Assembly (NCBI GenBank): GCA_913061125.1
Contig: CAJXUB010000007.1
Location: 37 to 64,036 of the forward strand
Length of the DNA: 64,000 nucleotides
DNA from: an uncultured Flavobacteriaceae bacterium
Lineage (GTDB): Bacteria > Bacteroidota > Bacteroidia > Flavobacteriales > Flavobacteriaceae
Direction of reading: 5' to 3'
This document shows, in pieces, positions 57,970-64,000 of the stretch (its first letter is position 1; each line of letters begins with the position of its first letter). The notes beneath the pieces are model-generated. The model made no database searches. It was not told the origin of the DNA and saw only the letters and a program-made list of their open reading frames with translations. The translations under genes were made by a program, and so were the position numbers.

Positions 57970-58794
57970 ATGTTACATCAGATTATTCAATATTTTGAAT
58001 CCATAGACCCTGTTTTAGCGGCATTTTATGCCTCTCTTTTCACCTGGATTTTGACTGCGCTGGGGGCCTCGTTGGTGTTCCTGTTTAAGGGGATGAATCG
58101 AGGACTTTTAGACGGCATGCTTGGATTTACGGGCGGTGTGATGGTGGCCGCTAGTTTTTGGAGTTTATTGGCACCAGGAATTGAAATGAGTCCAGGCGAA
58201 GGATTTGTCAAAGTGATCCCTGCAGCTACTGGATTTGGACTTGGAGCGTTATTTTTATTTGGGTTGGATAAGGTTCTGCCGCATTTGCATATTAACTTTA
58301 AAGAAAGTGAAAAGGAGGGGGTAAAGTCGCCTTGGCACAAAACCACACTATTGGTGTTGGCCATAACCCTGCATAACATTCCAGAGGGGCTTGCAGTGGG
58401 GGTGCTTTTTGGAGGGGTTGCTGCAGGAATTCCCGAAGCCACAATTGGAGGTGCCGTAGCCCTGGCCTTGGGTATTGGCATTCAAAATTTCCCTGAAGGA
58501 CTAGCCGTTTCAATGCCACTTAGGCGGCAGGGGGTTAGCAAATTTAAAAGCTTTTGGTACGGTCAACTTTCCGCTATTGTTGAACCGATTGCTGCCGTAG
58601 CAGGCGCATTGGCCGTAACTTTTTTTACGCCCATTTTGCCCTATGCTTTGGCCTTTGCAGCGGGGTCTATGATTTTTGTAGTGGTCGAAGAAGTGATTCC
58701 AGAAACTCAACGCGATAAATATACTGATGTGGCCACTTTGGGTTTTATTGCTGGATTTATCGTTATGATGACCTTGGATGTGGCTTTGGGTTAG
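57970..58794 (+). CDS. ZIP family metal transporter (ZupT-like)
   Basis: Multi-TM protein with LHNIPEGLAVG and QNFPEGLAVS motifs. It starts 2 nt after the regulator stop. Confidence 0.88.
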   Translation: MLHQIIQYFESIDPVLAAFYASLFTWILTALGASLVFLFKGMNRGLLDGMLGFTGGVMVAASFWSLLAPGIEMSPGEGFVKVIPAATGFGLGALFLFGLDKVLPHLHINFKESEKEGVKSPWHKTTLLVLAITLHNIPEGLAVGVLFGGVAAGIPEATIGGAVALALGIGIQNFPEGLAVSMPLRRQGVSKFKSFWYGQLSAIVEPIAAVAGALAVTFFTPILPYALAFAAGSMIFVVVEEVIPETQRDKYTDVATLGFIAGFIVMMTLDVALG

Positions 58795-58919
58795 CAACTG
58801 CAATTGTTATCACCACAATTTTTAGATGAATTGTTTCGTCTGAATTGTTTCCTTAACAGATATAAAACTGCTGCAATCAACAGAACAATGAGTATTGTAT
58901 TTTCTAATTCTGAATCCAT
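58791..58919 (-). CDS. FeoB-associated Cys-rich small membrane protein (42 aa)
   Basis: Hand translation gives MDSELENTILIVLLIAAVLYLLRKQFRRNNSSKNCGDNNCSC. It has one TM segment, a basic stretch and a C-terminal Cys cluster. It starts 5 nt after the feoB stop and is below the ORF-track cutoff. Confidence 0.7.
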   Translation of the reverse strand: MDSELENTILIVLLIAAVLYLLRKQFRRNNSSKNCGDNNCSC

Positions 58920-58923
58920 AAAA

Positions 58924-61026
58924 TCATTTTAAAAACTGAAAGGCAATTAGAGCAGAAACATATGCAATTGTACTCATCCCAACCAGTTGCACCAAAGGCC
59001 ATTTCCAGCTTTTGGTTTCTCTTTTAACCACCGCCAGAGTACTCATGCATTGCATGGCAAAGGCATAAAACAACAATAACGATATCCCTGATGCGAATGT
59101 AAATACGGGTCGCCCGTCGGGATATTTTTCGTTGGCCATTTTGGATTTTATGGTATCGATATTTTCATTCTCAGAAGCACTCCCTACGCTATAAATGGTG
59201 GCTAAAGTTCCAACAAACACCTCTCGCGCCGCAAAAGATGCCACCAATCCAATTCCTATTTTCCAATCATATCCGAGCGGTTTGATGACTGGTTCGATGG
59301 TTTTTCCAATAATCCCAATGTATGAATGTTCCAATTGATACGATGCAATTTTATCGTCCAACTCATCTTGAGACGTTCCATTGTAATTTTCAGTAACGAT
59401 GCGATTGGCATTGTTAAATTCCTTTCCTGGGCCATAGGAAGCCAACACCCATAAAATGATAGAAATAGCTAAAATAATTTTCCCCGCTTCTAGTACAAAA
59501 GTTTTAGTTTTTTCAACTACTGTTATAAACACATTTTTGAGTAGCGGTAATTTGTAACTTGGCATTTCTACGACAAAAAATGTTTTGCGTTTGCTTTTCA
59601 TTACTCGATCTAAAATAAACGCTGAAAATACGGCCATTCCAAATCCAATTAAGTACAGTAGCATTAAAGTCAGCGCTTGATAATTCAACCCAAAAATATA
59701 CCCTTCAGGAATTACCAGAGCAACGATGATGAGGTACACAGGCAGCCGTGCCGAACAGGTCATAAAGGGGGTCACCAAAATGGTAATTAGGCGTTCTTTC
59801 CAAAGTTCAATATTGCGGGTTGCCATAACGGCTGGTATGGCGCAAGCGGTTCCCGAAATTAAGGGGACGACACTTTTACCGCTCAAACCGAAGCGTCTCA
59901 TTATTCGATCCATTAAAAAAACCACCCGACTCATATAGCCGCTTTCTTCTAAAATCGAAATGAATAGGAATAGAAATGCGATTTGAGGAATAAAAATCAC
60001 AACGCCTCCAATTCCTGAAACGATGCCCTCCGCAATGAGATCGGTTATTTTTCCTCCGTTTGGAAAGGTTGTTTTGACCCATTCTGCCAGTCCAGCAAAA
60101 GTGGTGTCGATTAAATCCATGGGTACCGTTGCCCAATCGTATATGGCCTGAAAAATGCTGAGCAAAACGATAAAAAACACAACATAACCCCATACTTTAT
60201 GAATTAGAATGCGGTCGAGTTTGCTTCTTAAATCTGTGGCTTTACTACGGTCTATGATTTGCCCCTCTTTGAGCACATTGTTGATAAACTGGTAGCGCTT
60301 TATGGCCTCTTTTTGTTGCAAGCGTTTGAGCTCTTGTGTGGATTTGGTTTTGAATTCCAATACGTCTAGCTCTTGTCGGGAAATTTTACCAAAATTCACA
60401 TCCTGAGTAATAACCAGCCATAATTTGTATAAATCTTGATTTGGAAACGCACTTTTGAGGCGTTTGAAATAATCGGGGTCAATGGTGGACGCATCGAGGC
60501 ATTGCTCTTTGGGAAGTGTTCTGTAATTTTCAATAAGGTCTTTTAACGCCTCAATACCCGTATTTTTTCGAGTACTAACAAGAGCTATTTTGGTATGTAG
60601 TTTTTGTTCTAACACTTTAATATCTAAGGAAATGCCCTTTCTTACCATAACATCACTCATGTTAATGACTAAAATGGTCGGAATTTTCAAATCTTTGACT
60701 TGAGTAAAGAGGAGCAAGTTTCGTTTTAGATTTTCGACATCGCTAATGATGACAGCAACATCGGGGTAGTCTTTATCGTTTTTATTGAGTAACAGTTCAA
60801 TCACCACATTTTCATCTAAAGAAGAGGCATTTAAACTGTAAGTTCCAGGCAAATCTAAGATGTGCGCCTTGAGGCCTCTGGAGAGTCTACAGCTGCCTTG
60901 TTTTTTGTCGACGGTAATTCCGGGATAGTTTCCGACTTTTTGGTTGAGTCCAGTGAGTGCATTAAACACCGATGTTTTGCCCGTATTGGGGTTTCCAATT
61001 AACGCAACATTCAGCTGTTTACTCAT
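58924..61026 (-). CDS. feoB: Ferrous iron transport protein B
   Basis: N-terminal GTPase (GNPNTGKTS, DLPG) and a large C-terminal permease domain. 700 aa. Confidence 0.96.
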   Translation of the reverse strand: MSKQLNVALIGNPNTGKTSVFNALTGLNQKVGNYPGITVDKKQGSCRLSRGLKAHILDLPGTYSLNASSLDENVVIELLLNKNDKDYPDVAVIISDVENLKRNLLLFTQVKDLKIPTILVINMSDVMVRKGISLDIKVLEQKLHTKIALVSTRKNTGIEALKDLIENYRTLPKEQCLDASTIDPDYFKRLKSAFPNQDLYKLWLVITQDVNFGKISRQELDVLEFKTKSTQELKRLQQKEAIKRYQFINNVLKEGQIIDRSKATDLRSKLDRILIHKVWGYVVFFIVLLSIFQAIYDWATVPMDLIDTTFAGLAEWVKTTFPNGGKITDLIAEGIVSGIGGVVIFIPQIAFLFLFISILEESGYMSRVVFLMDRIMRRFGLSGKSVVPLISGTACAIPAVMATRNIELWKERLITILVTPFMTCSARLPVYLIIVALVIPEGYIFGLNYQALTLMLLYLIGFGMAVFSAFILDRVMKSKRKTFFVVEMPSYKLPLLKNVFITVVEKTKTFVLEAGKIILAISIILWVLASYGPGKEFNNANRIVTENYNGTSQDELDDKIASYQLEHSYIGIIGKTIEPVIKPLGYDWKIGIGLVASFAAREVFVGTLATIYSVGSASENENIDTIKSKMANEKYPDGRPVFTFASGISLLLFYAFAMQCMSTLAVVKRETKSWKWPLVQLVGMSTIAYVSALIAFQFLK

Positions 61027-61253
61027 CCTATTTTATCGATTAAAATTAGGGCTGCAGTGTCTTTGCGAATGGCCAAAAAACTGTCGTTAATATCCAAATA
61101 TAAGGGGTCGGAAAAGGGAGCCAACTGCAACAATTTCACTTTGTTGCCCGGTAAACACCCCATTTCAAGTAATTTAAGTGGAATATTTCTGGAGGAACTG
61201 TCCGTAATAATTCCTTGCTCTCCTTTTTTTAAATCTGCAATGCTCAAGCTCAT
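61023..61253 (-). CDS. feoA: Ferrous iron transport protein A
   Basis: 76-aa SH3-like FeoA (LSIADLKKGEQGIIT ... LLEMGCLPG). 4-nt overlap with feoB. Confidence 0.88.
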   Translation of the reverse strand: MSLSIADLKKGEQGIITDSSSRNIPLKLLEMGCLPGNKVKLLQLAPFSDPLYLDINDSFLAIRKDTAALILIDKIG

Positions 61254-61295
61254 GCTTATTTAGATTCGTTTTAAAAAAGCAAAAGTAATAAAAGA

Positions 61296-61970
61296 TTACT
61301 TATTGTAGCTGGCTTTCAAAATTTTTATATCCTCCAAGAGCGTTTCAATGGCCTCCGGGTCTGTGCCATCATAAAACCCACGAATTTGACGCTCTTTGTC
61401 AATAAGCATAAAGTTTTCGGTATGAATCATGTCGTAAGGGCCACCATCGCCATTGGTTTTTACAGCAAGGTAGGACCGCCGTGCCAAATTGTAAATTTCC
61501 TTTTTGTCGCCAGTAACCAAGTTCCATTTGGACGGATTAACCAACTTTGATTTTGCATAACGATTCAGTTGAGCGACGGAGTCAATTTCAGGTGTAACGG
61601 TGTGTGAGAGCAGCAGTACATCGGGGTCCGAAATGGTCCTCTTTTGGATCTCGTACATATGATCTGTCATGATGGGGCAAATGGTTTGACAGGTGGTGAA
61701 AAAGAAGTCGGCCACATAAATTTTATCTTCGTAAAACGCTTGCGTTATGGTATCACCATTTTGATTGATCAGCTTAAAATCTGCAATGGTGTGGTACTTT
61801 TTTTGATGCTGAATGGTGCTGTCCACCAACGCCACATTAACCTGAGCCGGTTGGTAAATGGGCAGCACTTTTTTGGGCTTTAAAATGTTGTAAAACGCCG
61901 TGATTATAACAGCAGACAAAACCCCCAAGGTGGTGATGAAAAGTTTGTATTTTTGAAGGATTTTTAACAC
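61296..61970 (-). CDS. SCO family protein (SCO1/SenC thioredoxin-like copper chaperone)
   Basis: N-terminal TM anchor, FFFTTCQTICP (CxxxC) and a conserved His downstream (SHT). Confidence 0.85.
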   Translation of the reverse strand: MLKILQKYKLFITTLGVLSAVIITAFYNILKPKKVLPIYQPAQVNVALVDSTIQHQKKYHTIADFKLINQNGDTITQAFYEDKIYVADFFFTTCQTICPIMTDHMYEIQKRTISDPDVLLLSHTVTPEIDSVAQLNRYAKSKLVNPSKWNLVTGDKKEIYNLARRSYLAVKTNGDGGPYDMIHTENFMLIDKERQIRGFYDGTDPEAIETLLEDIKILKASYNK

Positions 61971-62105
61971 AACAAAAGCGTTTTATGCAAAGGTACGATA
62001 CCCAAAATTAATACAAAACCAAAGCATCGATAATTCTTCAGAAAACGGCGTTTTGTTTGTAGTACTAAAACCGCTACATTTGTGGTCCTAAATACAGTTA
62101 TTTCC

Positions 62106-63446
62106 ATGGAGTTTATCATCAAAATCTCACAATTTTTATTAAGTCTTTCCTTTCTCATTGTTTTGCACGAATTGGGTCATTTCATCCCTGCCAAATTATT
62201 CAAAACTAGAGTGGAGAAATTTTACTTGTTTTTTGATGTCAAATATTCATTATTTAAAAAGAAAATCGGCGAGACAGTCTATGGAATCGGATGGTTACCC
62301 CTGGGGGGCTATGTCAAAATTTCAGGGATGATTGACGAAAGCATGGACACCGAGCAGATGCAACAAGAGCCACAACCGTGGGAGTTTCGTTCCAAGCCGT
62401 CGTGGCAACGGTTGATTATCATGCTTGGTGGTGTTACCGTCAATTTTCTAATTGCTCTGGTAGTTTATATCGTCATGGCATTTGTCTATGGCTCCTTTGA
62501 TGTGGATGCCAAAAGCGTTCGAGGGGGTTATCTTATTAAAAATGATGTTCTTAGAGAGATTGGCCTTCAAAATGGGGATAAGATTTTAGCCATAAATGAT
62601 AATGAAATTGTTAATTTTTCAGACATAAAACGATACATTCTGGAAACCGAAACCATGACGATTGACCGTCAAGGTTCGGTTGAGAACATTGCCTTTCCAA
62701 GGAATTTTTTGGGGCAGTTGAGCGGAAGTAAATCCAAAGGATTGGTCGACTTTCGAACTCCCATTATTTTTGACCGTTTTTCAGAGGGATCTATAAACTC
62801 AGCATTGGACATTCGAACTGGAGATGTTTTTGTTTCAATTGATGGTAAACCGGCCCAATTTCAAGATGAATTAGTGCCTTTGTTGGAAGATATAAAAGGT
62901 CAAAAGGTAGAGCTTGTCGTGCGCCGTAATGGTACGACTTTGTCGCAGCCAATTCAGGTTACAGACGATGGTAAACTCGAATTTTATTACACCACATTGA
63001 TGAGTGATTTTGAGTCGGCTGGATTTTTTAAATCTTTCCGAAAGGAATATAATTTTAATGAAAGTATAGCTGCAGGATCAAAACGTTTCGTAAATCAAAT
63101 ATCAAGCTATTGGACGCAATTAAAACTCATTTTTTCACCCAGTACCGGCGCCTACAAAGGGGTAGGTGGTTTTAAGGCCATTTTTGATGTTTTTCCAGAC
63201 ACGTGGAGTTGGGAGTCCTTTTGGAACATTACGGCCTTTTTGTCCATCATGTTGGCGGTGTTAAATTTGCTGCCCATTCCAGCACTTGACGGGGGCCATG
63301 TGATGTTTTTGTTATACGAAATGATTTCGGGGCGTAAACCTGGGGACAAGTTTATGGAATATGCGCAAACGGTAGGGTTTTTTATATTAATCGCCTTGGT
63401 ATTATTTGCCAATGGGAATGATATTTTTAAGGCATTATTTGGGTAA
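62106..63446 (+). CDS. rseP: RIP metalloprotease RseP (site-2 protease)
   Basis: The start is moved to MEFIIKISQF. HELGHF zinc motif, central PDZ-like region, and the C-terminal NLLPIPALDGG motif. Confidence 0.92.
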   Translation: MEFIIKISQFLLSLSFLIVLHELGHFIPAKLFKTRVEKFYLFFDVKYSLFKKKIGETVYGIGWLPLGGYVKISGMIDESMDTEQMQQEPQPWEFRSKPSWQRLIIMLGGVTVNFLIALVVYIVMAFVYGSFDVDAKSVRGGYLIKNDVLREIGLQNGDKILAINDNEIVNFSDIKRYILETETMTIDRQGSVENIAFPRNFLGQLSGSKSKGLVDFRTPIIFDRFSEGSINSALDIRTGDVFVSIDGKPAQFQDELVPLLEDIKGQKVELVVRRNGTTLSQPIQVTDDGKLEFYYTTLMSDFESAGFFKSFRKEYNFNESIAAGSKRFVNQISSYWTQLKLIFSPSTGAYKGVGGFKAIFDVFPDTWSWESFWNITAFLSIMLAVLNLLPIPALDGGHVMFLLYEMISGRKPGDKFMEYAQTVGFFILIALVLFANGNDIFKALFG

Positions 63447-63464
63447 TAAATTTTTTGGATTCTA

Positions 63465-63495
63465 TTGGTGTAAACTAAAAAATGCTATATATTTG
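63465..63495 (+). promoter_or_regulatory. Candidate Bacteroidota promoter for tRNA-Asn (TTG, 20-nt spacer, TATATTTG)
   Basis: TTG at 63465-63467, a 20-nt spacer, and TATATTTG at 63488-63495. The tRNA begins 24 nt downstream. Confidence 0.45.
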
Positions 63496-63518
63496 CGCTC
63501 GCGCAAGCAAAAAAACAG

Positions 63519-63592
63519 TCCTCCTTAGCTCAGTTGGTTAGAGCATCTGACTGTTAATCAGAGGGTCCTTGGTTCGAGCCCAAGAGGAGGAG
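63519..63592 (+). tRNA. tRNA-Asn (anticodon GTT)
   Basis: Cloverleaf folded by hand. Acceptor stem TCCTCCT/AGGAGGA, D arm GCTC-AGTTGGTTA-GAGC, anticodon stem-loop CTGAC-TGTTAAT-CAGAG, T arm CTTGG-TTCGAGC-CCAAG. No CCA is encoded. Confidence 0.93.
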
Positions 63593-63597
63593 CAAAA

Positions 63598-63624
63598 GCT
63601 TTACAGAGATGTAGGGCTTTTTTT
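63598..63624 (+). terminator. Terminator after tRNA-Asn
   Basis: Stem GCTTTAC / GTAGGGC (two G-U pairs), a 6-nt loop, then a T7 run. Confidence 0.6.
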
Positions 63625-63654
63625 ATGCCAATAAGTTACTCACTCAAATATACT

Positions 63655-63681
63655 AAAAAAGGGCTAAAATAGCCCCTTTTT
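63655..63681. terminator. Second hairpin with flanking A/T runs
   Basis: An A6 run, stem GGGCTA, loop aaa, stem TAGCCC, then C and a T5 run. It is not attached to any gene visible in the window. Confidence 0.45.
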
Positions 63682-64000
63682 GACAGTTATATGACAGTTA
63701 AAAAGCCAAAAAAATCCATTAAAAAGTTTTATAAATTTACCCTCTTTCTTAAAAAAAATCGCTTTTCTTTTTAGGGGTAGTCAGCGTGTAATGGGGTATA
63801 ACCCTACCCTTCATAACATCTAAATAGTATATAAAGCCCTAAAATGTCTCATTACACTTCAAAACAGGTGTAAAGTATTGATTATTAGTTAGTTATATAT
63901 GTTCTGTTCCCCCTATTTTGTTTAGTGTTATAAAACTTCGTGTAGGTGTTAACCTTTATCTCTTAGTGTATACTCCTTGTTTAACTTTTTTAATAAGCTC

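Noticed and set aside
58026-58481. 151-aa minus-strand ORF, plus the 58298-58519 and 58510-58803 ORFs, all inside the ZIP transporter gene.
   Set aside because: These are antisense shadow ORFs fully within a well-supported gene, with low-complexity P/A/S-rich translations. The same reasoning applies to other embedded antisense or off-frame ORFs in the track, for example 231-464, 14987-15418, 20677-21030, 26671-27099, 37034-37456, 41019-41378 and 50375-50809.

Overview
This window is a densely packed, AT-rich chromosomal segment that looks like Bacteroidota, probably Flavobacteriia. The taxon call rests on gldH, several TAnnTTTG-type -7 promoter boxes, CarboxypepD_reg-type TonB-dependent receptors, the DUF4270/short-GlgA/panCD neighbourhood and a split ATP synthase. 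I support about 60 protein genes and one tRNA-Asn(GTT).

Gene content is mostly housekeeping:
- ATP synthase: atpA (5' partial) and atpG at the left edge; atpD and atpC sit 35 kb away on the other strand.
- Cell envelope: a flippase-like protein, a DUF4292 lipoprotein, an M23/EnvC-like peptidase, a SPOR protein, PBP1A, gldH and rseP.
- DNA metabolism: dut, dprA, recA, radA and a PolB-type exonuclease.
- Single core genes: trpS, plsC, trhO, glmS and panCD.
- A nearly complete heme biosynthesis supercluster at 24.7-33.8 kb: hemA, a hemC-hemD fusion, hemE, hemF, hemB, an AraC regulator, hemH and hemJ.
- A metal homeostasis locus at 54.9-62.0 kb: a TonB-dependent receptor, a DtxR/MntR-like regulator, a ZIP transporter, feoA, feoB, a small Cys-rich ORF and an SCO protein.

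I see no rRNA, CRISPR array, transposase, integrase or recognisable defence system, and I cannot point to a convincing novel multi-gene system.

The observations most worth a second look are:
1. A four-helix-bundle (23S rRNA IVS-protein family) gene wedged between hemF and hemB. It is bracketed by a 15-bp repeat that is both direct and inverted, and one flank is a perfect 26-bp palindrome.
2. Two paralogous secreted proteins of unknown function downstream of radA, preceded by a 20-bp tandem repeat.
3. A 42-aa FeoB-associated Cys-rich ORF that falls below the ORF-track cutoff.
4. A 13-bp exact direct repeat in the divergent hemA/AraC promoter region.
5. A probable MATE transporter C-terminal relic between hemH and hemJ.
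6. Two tandem sub-threshold hydrophobic ORFs joined by a T5 run.

All product calls come from motif and family recognition by eye. No database search was run.
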